Shown here one piece after another: positions 18,531-27,274 of a stretch of DNA of 64,000 bases. The stretch covers positions 96,001-160,000 of the forward strand of contig CBDBDQ010000005.1 in the NCBI GenBank assembly GCA_965203905.1, in the 5' to 3' direction. How positions within the stretch are numbered: the stretch's first letter is position 1; each line of letters begins with the position of its first letter. The notes under the pieces were generated by a model that saw nothing but the letters and a program-made list of their open reading frames with translations, was not told where the DNA came from and made no database searches. Both the position numbers and the translations under genes were made by a program. The stretch comes from Spirochaetia bacterium (lineage in GTDB: Bacteria > Spirochaetota > Spirochaetia > SZUA-6 > Bin103).

Positions 18531-20000
18531 ATGAGCCGGCCACCCAACATCCTGTTCATCATGAGCGACGACCATGCGTCGCATGCGATGAGCTGCTACG
18601 GCAGCCGCATCAATCGCACGCCCCATCTCGACCGCATCGCCGACGGCGGGATGCGCTTCGACAACTGTTTCTGCACCAACTCGATCTGTACGCCGAGCCG
18701 GGCCACGATCCTGACCGGCACCTACAACCACGTGAACGGCGTGACTACGCTGGCCACCTTGATGGACAACCGCCTGCAGGCCTTTCCCAAGCTGCTGCAG
18801 GCCGCCGGCTACCAGACCGCGCACGTCGGCAAGTGGCACCTGGGACAGGGGCCGTCGCACTGGCCGACCGGGTTCGACTACTGGACCGTGTTCCCCGGCC
18901 AGGGGCGCTACTATGACCCCGAGATGGTGGAGATGGCCGAGAGCAAGGTAATCCCCGGTTACGCCACCGACATCGTCACCGACCACTCGCTGCGCTGGCT
19001 GCAGCGGCGCGACCGGTCACGGCCTTTTCTGCTGATGTGCCACCACAAGGCGCCGCACCGGCCGTGGGACCCGCACCCCCGGCACGCGCGCCGCTACGCC
19101 GACGACGAGATCCCCTACCCGGAGACCTTCGACGACGACTACGCGCACCGGGCACGGGCCGCCGCAGCGGCCGAGATGCGCATCGAACGCGACTTCCTTC
19201 CCGGCGACGTGAAGGTCGCGGCGCCCGACCCCGACCACCCGCAGCGCCGCCTCGGTGCCGGTGCCGCTCCGCTTACGCCAACCGGCGGCGAACCGGTGCG
19301 GTTCTCGACGCCGGCCGAGCGCAAGCGCTGGCTCTACCAGCGCTACATCAAGGACTACCTGCGCTGCGTGGACGCGATCGACGAGGGCGTCGGGCGGCTG
19401 CTGGACTACCTCGACGCCGAGGGGATCGCCGACGACACCATCGTCGTCTATACCTCCGACCAGGGGTTCTTCCTCGGCGACCACGGCTGGTACGACAAGC
19501 GCTTCATGTACGAGGAGTCGCTGCGCATGCCGTTCATCGTGCGCTACCCGCGCGCGGTGCGGCCGGGCACGGTCAACGGCGACATGATCCTCAACGTCGA
19601 CTTCGCCGAAACCTTCCTGGATTTCGCCGAGGTGGCGATTCCGGACGACATGCAGGGCCGCTCGTTCCGCCCGCTGCTGGAAGGGCACACCCCGGCGGAC
19701 TGGCGTCGCGCCATGTACTACCGCTACTGGATGCACGGATCGCATCACAACGTGTGGGCGCACTACGGCGTGCGTACCCACACCCACAAGCTGATCTACT
19801 ACTACGCCGATCCGCTCGCCATCGAAGGCAACACCGGCCGCCGCGAGGAGCCGGAGTGGGAGCTGTTCGACCTGCAGCGCGACCCGTACGAGCTGCGCTC
19901 GGTGTACGGCGAGCCGGGCTACGCGGGGCTGACCGCCGAGTTGACCGATCTCCTGCACGAGTTGCAGGCCGCGGTCGGCGACCAGCCCTACGTCGCGTAG
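18531..20000 (+). CDS. Cys-type sulfatase (N-acetylglucosamine-6-sulfatase-like)
   Basis: PNILFIMSDD, CTPSRA, GKWHLG, SDQGFFLGDHG. Confidence 0.95.
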   Translation: MSRPPNILFIMSDDHASHAMSCYGSRINRTPHLDRIADGGMRFDNCFCTNSICTPSRATILTGTYNHVNGVTTLATLMDNRLQAFPKLLQAAGYQTAHVGKWHLGQGPSHWPTGFDYWTVFPGQGRYYDPEMVEMAESKVIPGYATDIVTDHSLRWLQRRDRSRPFLLMCHHKAPHRPWDPHPRHARRYADDEIPYPETFDDDYAHRARAAAAAEMRIERDFLPGDVKVAAPDPDHPQRRLGAGAAPLTPTGGEPVRFSTPAERKRWLYQRYIKDYLRCVDAIDEGVGRLLDYLDAEGIADDTIVVYTSDQGFFLGDHGWYDKRFMYEESLRMPFIVRYPRAVRPGTVNGDMILNVDFAETFLDFAEVAIPDDMQGRSFRPLLEGHTPADWRRAMYYRYWMHGSHHNVWAHYGVRTHTHKLIYYYADPLAIEGNTGRREEPEWELFDLQRDPYELRSVYGEPGYAGLTAELTDLLHELQAAVGDQPYVA

Positions 20001-20030
20001 TGCCCGGCTGCCGGGCCGTCGCCGGCACCA

Positions 20031-20056
20031 CGGGTCTGCCTGCTGCGACAGACCCG
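20031..20056. terminator. hairpin between convergent genes
   Basis: CGGGTCTG-N10-CAGACCCG; no U-tract. Confidence 0.3.
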
Positions 20057-20076
20057 CGGCACCCGGCGAAATAGAG

Positions 20077-21723
20077 TTACGGCAACGCCGCGCCGAGCTG
20101 CTCGGCGACCTGCTCCAGCAGCTCCTGGCCGCCGGCCCGCTTCCATTCCTCGACGTACGCGTCCCACTCGTCGAAGCTGCGTTCGCCGAGCACGAACTCC
20201 AGCTCGTTGGTGGTCTCGAACTCGCGGATCTTGGTGTCGATCTCCGGGTCCAGGGTGATGAAGATGTCGTGGTTGAAGTACCGCGGCAGCTTGTTCACGT
20301 ACTGGTTCCACATGCCGCCGACGATGCCCATCGGGTCGTCGAACACCTCCCACAGCAGCGTGTAGCCGAAGGTCTGCCAGTTCTGCAGCGGGTTGCGCGC
20401 GGGATCGACGTAGGCGGGATGCACGTCCCGGAAGCGCTCGAAGATGTTGGTGCCATCTTCCTTGAGGATCACGCGCGAGCCGTCCGGCCAAATCTCCGGG
20501 CCGCCGCCCACCGACGCCGCCCAGTAGTTCTTGTTCGGGTATACCAGGGTGTCGTACACGTGCAGGATCCGCTTCAGCTTGCCCGGCTCCTGGTCGAGGC
20601 CGGCGCGCAGCAGGTGCAGTCCCGCCGGCCCCTGGCCGGGCTGGTACCTGCCGCCGCGGCCGTCGTTGGCGCTCGGCGGATCGAGCGCCTCCCACACCGC
20701 GAGCCGGTCCAGGTCCCCGCCCTGGGCGTCGATGTACTCCCGCATCAGGTTCCATCCGGGATAGTGCACCATGCCGATCTTGTCGTTGAACGAATAGGCG
20801 GAAAAGTTGTTCCAGTCGATGGTGTACCAGTCGGGCAGCAGCACCTTGGCGCTGTAGAGCCGGTTCATGAACATCAGGAAGTCGCGGGTGGTGCCGTCCA
20901 GCATCGGATTGTTGGCGACCCCGTCCGCCACGTTCCACCTCGGGTGGCCGAACATGCTGCGCAGCTCGCGCAACATGCCGAAGCTCCTGCCGGCGCCGGC
21001 GCCGCCCATGAACCAGGTGTCCTGCTCGCCGTTGCCGTCCGGATCGTCGAACGCGGAAGCGCGCGCGAACTCGAACAGCTCGTCCTCGGTCTGCGGCTTC
21101 TCCATGCCGAACGTCTCCAGCCAGTCGACGCGGATGAAGAGCCCCCAGTTGTTTTGAAAGATCGGATACTTGACGATGCCGATCATCTGCTCGTCGCCGA
21201 CGGTCGCCCACTTGGCATAGGGCTTGGTGATGTACTGGCGCGCCTGTGGCAGGTAGTGCAGCAGCCCGGAGACCTCCATCACCTGCGCCTGGTCGAACAG
21301 CGTCAACGCGGCGTTCTTGCCGCCGCTGCCGGCCAGGTGGAAGAAGTCGGGCGGATCTCCCGAGGCGAAGCGCACCGCGACCGAGTTGGAGAGCTCGCTG
21401 CCGGGCACGTCGGTGAAGGTGATGTCGGCATTGAACTGCTCGTTGAGATAGTCGGTGATCGGGTTGTCCGGCATCGGCGCCACGGTGTAGCCGTAGGTCA
21501 TCATCTCGAAGTCGTGGCTCTCGCTCATGTCGTCGTAGGCGTACGACTCCGGATCCACCGGCTGCGGAATCTCCGGAAAGCTGTCGGGAAAGTCGTCGTA
21601 GAAATGGACCGGGTGCAGCTCGATGGCGCCCGCGCCCGCTCCTTCTTCAGCGCCACTGGCGAACGCCGTCGCGGCCAGTGAAACCGCCGCCAGCGCTACT
21701 ACAAAACAACGAATCATCTGCAT
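20077..21723 (-). CDS. carbohydrate ABC transporter solute-binding protein
   Basis: Signal peptide AFASGAEE, IRVDWLETFGMEKPQT, DPDGNG, EWKRAGG; SD AGGAGG. Confidence 0.93.
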   Translation of the reverse strand: MQMIRCFVVALAAVSLAATAFASGAEEGAGAGAIELHPVHFYDDFPDSFPEIPQPVDPESYAYDDMSESHDFEMMTYGYTVAPMPDNPITDYLNEQFNADITFTDVPGSELSNSVAVRFASGDPPDFFHLAGSGGKNAALTLFDQAQVMEVSGLLHYLPQARQYITKPYAKWATVGDEQMIGIVKYPIFQNNWGLFIRVDWLETFGMEKPQTEDELFEFARASAFDDPDGNGEQDTWFMGGAGAGRSFGMLRELRSMFGHPRWNVADGVANNPMLDGTTRDFLMFMNRLYSAKVLLPDWYTIDWNNFSAYSFNDKIGMVHYPGWNLMREYIDAQGGDLDRLAVWEALDPPSANDGRGGRYQPGQGPAGLHLLRAGLDQEPGKLKRILHVYDTLVYPNKNYWAASVGGGPEIWPDGSRVILKEDGTNIFERFRDVHPAYVDPARNPLQNWQTFGYTLLWEVFDDPMGIVGGMWNQYVNKLPRYFNHDIFITLDPEIDTKIREFETTNELEFVLGERSFDEWDAYVEEWKRAGGQELLEQVAEQLGAALP

Positions 21724-21812
21724 GGTAATCCTCCTGCAATTCAGCGTGATTCATCGAAATCGAACCTCATGCTGCTCATGGACTCTACATAGTCCCTCCT
21801 TGATCAACCTCG

Positions 21813-22694
21813 TCAGCCCTTTACGGCTCCCAGGTACACGCCGTGGATGAAGAACCGCTGCAGGAAGGGGTACAGCGCCAGCATCGGCACCACGCCGATG
21901 ATCACGGTGGCCATCTTGAAGCTCTCCAGCGCCATCTTCTCTCCCTTCATGATCTCGACCACCAGGTCGTCGCCGAGGTGGGCCTGCCCCTCCAGCAGGT
22001 TGCGCAGCACGAGCTGCAGCGGCCACAGGTTCTTGTTGTGCAGGTAGAGCAGGGCGTCGAACCAGCTGTTCCAGTGCTGAACGATGTTGAACATGCCGAT
22101 CGCGGCCAGCGCCGGGGCCGCCAGCGGGGTCACGATCCAGACCAGGAGCTGCACGTGGCCGGCACCGTCCAGGCGCGCCGACTCGACCAGGCCCTCCGGC
22201 AGGTTCTCGATGAAGATCTTGATGATCAGCAAGCCGAAGCTGTCCACCAGCAGCGGCACGATCAGGGCCCAGAAGGTATTCATGACGCCCAGGTTCCGCA
22301 CCACCAGGTAGGTGGGAATCATGCCGCCGTGGAACAGGATGGTGAGCAGCACGATGAGCAGCAGCAGGTTGCGCCCCGGCAGCGTGCGATGCGACAGCAC
22401 GTAAGCGCCGACCAGGGTCAGCGCCACGCCCAGCAACGGACCGACGGAGCTGCGCAGCACCGACACCAGCAGCGCGCGCCACATGGCGGCGCTGTCGAGC
22501 AACCGGACGTAGGCGTTGAGCTTGGGCTCGTGGGGGATGATCACGAAGTAGCCGCGCTGAATCAGCTCCACCTGCGAGGTGAGGGACATGCCGATCACGT
22601 AGACCAACGGGAACAGCGCGCTCAGGGCGATGACGCCGACCAGGGCGTGTATCACTACCTGGTAGGTGACCTCGGTGCCGCGCCGGTACCACAT
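21813..22694 (-). CDS. carbohydrate ABC transporter permease
   Basis: LVESARLDGA, FHGGMIPTYL, YPFLQRFF. Confidence 0.95.
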   Translation of the reverse strand: MWYRRGTEVTYQVVIHALVGVIALSALFPLVYVIGMSLTSQVELIQRGYFVIIPHEPKLNAYVRLLDSAAMWRALLVSVLRSSVGPLLGVALTLVGAYVLSHRTLPGRNLLLLIVLLTILFHGGMIPTYLVVRNLGVMNTFWALIVPLLVDSFGLLIIKIFIENLPEGLVESARLDGAGHVQLLVWIVTPLAAPALAAIGMFNIVQHWNSWFDALLYLHNKNLWPLQLVLRNLLEGQAHLGDDLVVEIMKGEKMALESFKMATVIIGVVPMLALYPFLQRFFIHGVYLGAVKG

Positions 22695-22703
22695 GCCGGG
22701 CGC

Positions 22704-23657
22704 CTACCAGATGCCCCGGCCGGTGTAGCGCTTGGCCAGGAAGTTGGAGGCGAGAATCAGGATCATGCCGATGAACGACTGGAACAGACCCATGGCGGTG
22801 CCGATGCTGAACTGCTGGCGCGACAATCCCACGCGGTAGATCCAGGTCTCGATGATGTCCGCCACCTCGTACACCGCCGAGTTGTAGAACAGCAGCACCT
22901 GCTCGTAGCCGGCCAGCAACAGGTGCCCGAGGTTGATGCACAGCACGAAGGTCACCACCGGCAGGATGCTCGGCAGGGTGACGTAGCGGATCCGCTTCAG
23001 CGGCCCGGCGCCGTCCAGCACCGCCGCCTCGTAGAGCTGCGGATCGACGGTGGCCAGCGCCGCCAGGTAGAGGATGGTGCCCCAGCCCAGCTCCTTCCAC
23101 AGCGCCGAGCCGATCAGGATCGGCCGGAACCAGCGCTTGCTGAGCAGGAACTCCACCCGCTCGAAGCCCAGCCACTCGATCAGGTTGTTGATCAGCCCGG
23201 TGCCGGTGGAGAAGACCGCGAACACCATGCCCCAGATCACCACCCAGGAGAAGAAGTGGGGGATGTAGACGATGGTCTGGGTGGTCTTCTTGAACCACGG
23301 CAGCACCATGTCGTGGAACATGATGGCGAGGATGATCGGCGGCGCGAATCCGACCACGATGCGCAGCACCGAGATCTCCACCGAGTTGCGGATCACCCGC
23401 AGGATGTCGGGGTCCGAGAAAATCTCGCGGAAGTTCTGCAGCCCGACCCAGGGGCTGTTGACGATGCCCAGCCCCAGCTTGAGATCCTTGAAGGCGATGA
23501 TCCAGGCCAGCGAGATCGGCCAGTAGCGCAGCAGCACGTAGTAGACCAGCACCGGGATGAACAGCAGAAACAGGGTACGGTGCTCGACGATGCGGCGGCC
23601 GAGGCTCTTGCGCGGGCGTATCGGGACGGCGGTGGCGGTTGCGGCGTCTGCAGCCAC
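22704..23657 (-). CDS. carbohydrate ABC transporter permease
   Basis: LYEAAVLDGA, YIPHFFSW; GTG start with GGAG SD. Confidence 0.93.
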   Translation of the reverse strand: MAADAATATAVPIRPRKSLGRRIVEHRTLFLLFIPVLVYYVLLRYWPISLAWIIAFKDLKLGLGIVNSPWVGLQNFREIFSDPDILRVIRNSVEISVLRIVVGFAPPIILAIMFHDMVLPWFKKTTQTIVYIPHFFSWVVIWGMVFAVFSTGTGLINNLIEWLGFERVEFLLSKRWFRPILIGSALWKELGWGTILYLAALATVDPQLYEAAVLDGAGPLKRIRYVTLPSILPVVTFVLCINLGHLLLAGYEQVLLFYNSAVYEVADIIETWIYRVGLSRQQFSIGTAMGLFQSFIGMILILASNFLAKRYTGRGIW

Positions 23658-23824
23658 GACCGCTCCATGATAGGGCGCCCCGTTGCCGCCCGCAAGCTTG
23701 CCTGCCGTCTCACACCGGGCCTCGCAGGGCCGTCCGCCCGGTGCGATCGAACACGCCACGGGTTACAATCACTGCCTGCCAAAACGACACGTCGCAGGCG
23801 TTCGACCTGGAGGTGGGGTAAACC

Positions 23825-24160
23825 ATGCTCAGACTCAGTCCCGACGAGCAGACCTGGCTCGACGAATACCGGCAGGTGCTCCGTGAACGGCACGCCGACG
23901 TGGTCTTGCGCATGGTCATCTACGGCTCCAAGGCGCGCGGCGACGCGCACGCGGACAGCGACCTGGACGTGCTCATCATCGTAAGGAACGACGCCGGCGG
24001 CCTCAAGCGAACGCTCCGGGACATCGGTTACGACTTGGCGGCAACATCCTGGGCTGTACCGTCGATTCTGGCCTACACGCAGGACGAATGGCAGCACCGG
24101 AAGGAGAAGGGATTCCCGTTTCAGCGGGCCGTGGAGCGTGACGCGGTGGCGGTGTTCTGA
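23825..24160 (+). CDS. minimal nucleotidyltransferase (MNT) domain protein, orphan
   Basis: IYGSKARGDAHADSDLDVL. Confidence 0.9.
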   Translation: MLRLSPDEQTWLDEYRQVLRERHADVVLRMVIYGSKARGDAHADSDLDVLIIVRNDAGGLKRTLRDIGYDLAATSWAVPSILAYTQDEWQHRKEKGFPFQRAVERDAVAVF

Positions 24161-24261
24161 CCGCGAACGAGTGCCTGGAAAGTGCGACACCGGCGCGCAC
24201 CAGCCACTCCAGTGCATACTCCCACTGGCGGCGGCGGCGAGCCCTGGTGTACGGTCCCGCC

Positions 24262-25215
24262 ATGAGCGACTCGCTTCCGACGCGACCCCTGGGTGCCACC
24301 GGGGAACAGGTATCGATGCTCGGCATCGGCGGCGGCCACGTGGCCGGGGCCGGCGCCGCCAACTCCGACCGTGAGGTGGTGCGCATCATCCGGCACGCCA
24401 TCGACCGCGGGGTCACGTTCATGGACAACGCCTGGGAGTACAACGACGGCCGTTCCGAGACCCTCATGGGCGAGGCGATCGAGCAGCGCCGCGACGAGGT
24501 GTTCCTGATGACCAAGGTGTGCGCCCGCGACCGCGCCGGCGCCCTCTCCAACCTGGAGGACAGCCTGCGCCGGCTGCGCACCGACGTGATCGACCTGTGG
24601 CAGTTCCACGAGATCAACTACGCCACCGATGACGAGCTGGTGTTCGCCGCCGACGGGGCGGCCGAGGCGGCCCTCCGGGCCCTGGAAGACGGCAAGGTGC
24701 GCTACGTCGGCTGCACCGGGCACAAGGACCCCGCCTACCTGCTGGCCATGCTCGGGCACGAGTTTCCCTGGTCCACGGTGCAGATGCCGGTCACGGTGAT
24801 GGACCCGCACTACAAGAGCTTCATCCGTGGGGTGCTGCCGGAAGCGCAGCGCCGCGGCATCGGCGTCATCGCCATGAAGACGCTCGGCGGCCGCGCCCAG
24901 TTCCTCACCGCCGCCGGCCTGTCGCTGGAAGAGTGCCTGCGCTTCGCCTGGTCGCAGCCGATCGCGACGCTGGTGTCGGGCATGACCTCGGTGGAGCTCG
25001 TGGACCGCAACAGCGCCCTGGCGCGCGACTTTGTGCCGATGGCCGGTGACGAGCAGGAAGCGCTGCTGCGGCGCGTGCGGCCGGTGGCCGCCGACGGGCG
25101 CCTGGAGTGGTACAAGTCCACCCAGCACTTCGACGCCCCGCCGCACCGCAACCAGCACGGATACCCTCCTCCGGAGGAGATCGCGATGCCCGCCGGGACG
25201 GGGAGGTCGGCATGA
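24262..25215 (+). CDS. aldo/keto reductase
   Basis: FMDNAWEY, FLMTK, SLRRLRTDVIDLWQFH. Confidence 0.93.
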   Translation: MSDSLPTRPLGATGEQVSMLGIGGGHVAGAGAANSDREVVRIIRHAIDRGVTFMDNAWEYNDGRSETLMGEAIEQRRDEVFLMTKVCARDRAGALSNLEDSLRRLRTDVIDLWQFHEINYATDDELVFAADGAAEAALRALEDGKVRYVGCTGHKDPAYLLAMLGHEFPWSTVQMPVTVMDPHYKSFIRGVLPEAQRRGIGVIAMKTLGGRAQFLTAAGLSLEECLRFAWSQPIATLVSGMTSVELVDRNSALARDFVPMAGDEQEALLRRVRPVAADGRLEWYKSTQHFDAPPHRNQHGYPPPEEIAMPAGTGRSA

Positions 25216-26162
25216 AGATCCTGGTCAGTTTCTCGTTTTCGGCCGCGCAGCGCGCGGAGCTGGATGCCATGGCCCGGAGCCACGGCGGCCACGAGGTGAT
25301 CCACGCCGACGATCCGGCAGCGGCTCTGGCAGCAGCGGCTGAGGTGGAGGTGGCGATGGGCTCCCTCACCCCGGAACTGTTCCTGGAGGCGCGCAACCTG
25401 AAGTGGGCGCACTCCTTCAGCGCCGGCCTGGACAAGGTGCTCACGCCCGAGGTTGCGGAGCTGCCGTTCATCCTGACCAACATGGCCGGCAAGTACGCGG
25501 TCCAGGGGGGCGAGCACGCCTGGGCGCTGTTGCTGGCCCTGAGCCGCGGCGTGGTGCACGCGGCGGTGACCCGGCGCTGGGAGCGAGGCGCGGTGACCTC
25601 GTTGACCGGCGGCACGCTGCTGATCATCGGGCTGGGCGGATTCGGCATGCACACCCTGCAGCGTGCCGCCGGTTACGACATGACGGTGCTGGCGCTCGAC
25701 CCGGTCAAGAGCGCCGGACCGGCTCCGGAAGGGGTGGCCGAGCTGCTGCCGCCGACACCCGACAACCTGCACGCGTTCCTGGCGCGCGCCGACGCGGTGG
25801 CGGTGACGTGCCCGTTGCTGCCGGAGACCTACCACCTGATCGGCGCCGCGGAGTTGGCGCGGATGAAGCCGAGCGCCTACCTGGTCAACGTCAGCCGCGG
25901 CGGCATCATCGACGAGCCGGCGCTGATGGCGGCGCTGCACGCCGGCACCATCGCGGGCGCGGGGCTCGACGTGTGCGAGGTGGAGCCGGTGCCGGACGAC
26001 AGCCCGCTGTGGACCACGCCCAACCTGGTGCTGACGCCGCACCGCGCCGGGTTCTCACAGCGGCGGCCGGCGGAGACCCATGCCTTCGCCCTGGAGCAGC
26101 TCGAGCGCTACCTCACCGGCCAGCCGCTGCAGAACATCACCGACAAGCGCGCCGGCTTCTAA
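25212..26162 (+). CDS. D-2-hydroxyacid dehydrogenase
   Basis: IIGLGGFG, VNVSRG, LDVCEVEP, LTPH; ATGA overlap with the AKR gene. Confidence 0.93.
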   Translation: MKILVSFSFSAAQRAELDAMARSHGGHEVIHADDPAAALAAAAEVEVAMGSLTPELFLEARNLKWAHSFSAGLDKVLTPEVAELPFILTNMAGKYAVQGGEHAWALLLALSRGVVHAAVTRRWERGAVTSLTGGTLLIIGLGGFGMHTLQRAAGYDMTVLALDPVKSAGPAPEGVAELLPPTPDNLHAFLARADAVAVTCPLLPETYHLIGAAELARMKPSAYLVNVSRGGIIDEPALMAALHAGTIAGAGLDVCEVEPVPDDSPLWTTPNLVLTPHRAGFSQRRPAETHAFALEQLERYLTGQPLQNITDKRAGF

Positions 26163-27196
26163 TCCCGGTTTGGCGGGGGAGCACCCAGGGGGAACGGGCC
26201 GGCCGCGGCGGCCGTGGCGCGGGCGTGCTCGTACACGGCGTCCTGCACCTCCAGCACGCGTACCGCCTGCATCACGTCGGGGACGCCGATCCTGCCGCCG
26301 GCTATCGCCTCCAGTCCCCGTTCCACCACGCGCCGCATCCGTTCGCCGTGGCCTATGTCGGGGGTGATGGCGACGCCGTCGCTGGTGTGTACCTCGATCA
26401 GTGGCTCGCCGTGGTCGCCGTAACGCTCGAACACCGACGCCTTGCTGCCGATGAAGCGGAAGAAGTGGTCGCCGGCGCGGGTGCCGGAGGGGTAGTTGAA
26501 GCCCGACTCGATGATCCCCGTGATGCCCGATTCGGCGCGGATGATGCCGACCGCGGTGTCTTCCACCTCGCGCCGGTGCATCAGGTTGGAGAGCACGCCG
26601 CCGAGCACGGTGACCGGCCCCGTTCCGGCGAACTGGAGGAAGGTGTCGATGCCGTGCGAGGCCTCGACGATCCAGGAGCCACCACCCGACTGATCCGGAA
26701 CGTTGAGCCAGTAGGAGGGGGTGGGGTCGTAGCGGGTGGGCGGTCCGTTGTTGAGCCGGCTGCTGTACAGGATCAACTCGCCGAAGCTGCCGTCCGCCAC
26801 CATCTGCTCCACTCGCTCGATTAGCAGGCTGCCGCGGTTGGGTAGCGTCAGCGCGTGCGGGATGGCGTGCGCCATGGTGGCCTCCGCCGCCGGGCGCAGG
26901 CGCGCCGCACAGTCCGCGAACGGCTTGTCCAACAGGTACGGAATACGGCGCTCGACGCACGCCTGCACGTAACCGGGAATGGCGACGTGTTTGCCGCACA
27001 CGATGGCGGCATCGGGCTGCGCCGCGTCGAGGCAGGCGCCGGCAGCGGCGTAGCCGGGACAGTCGAACTGCTGCTGGAGCTGCTCTCGCGGCTTCGGCTC
27101 CGGGTCCATGACCGCGACGACTTCATGGCCTAGATCGCGCACCGTGCCGGCGATGCCGCGACCGTGATGACTGTAGGAAAGGGCGACCAGACGCAT
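26159..27196 (-). CDS. Gfo/Idh/MocA family oxidoreductase
   Basis: LLDKP, GGGSWIVEASHGID. Confidence 0.85.
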   Translation of the reverse strand: MRLVALSYSHHGRGIAGTVRDLGHEVVAVMDPEPKPREQLQQQFDCPGYAAAGACLDAAQPDAAIVCGKHVAIPGYVQACVERRIPYLLDKPFADCAARLRPAAEATMAHAIPHALTLPNRGSLLIERVEQMVADGSFGELILYSSRLNNGPPTRYDPTPSYWLNVPDQSGGGSWIVEASHGIDTFLQFAGTGPVTVLGGVLSNLMHRREVEDTAVGIIRAESGITGIIESGFNYPSGTRAGDHFFRFIGSKASVFERYGDHGEPLIEVHTSDGVAITPDIGHGERMRRVVERGLEAIAGGRIGVPDVMQAVRVLEVQDAVYEHARATAAAAGPFPLGAPPPNRD

Positions 27197-27274
27197 CGCC
27201 CGCATCTTAACACGCGGGGGCGGCCGCCCACTACTGCACCGCTCTTGCAGAATCGGATATGGTTGATACTCCAC

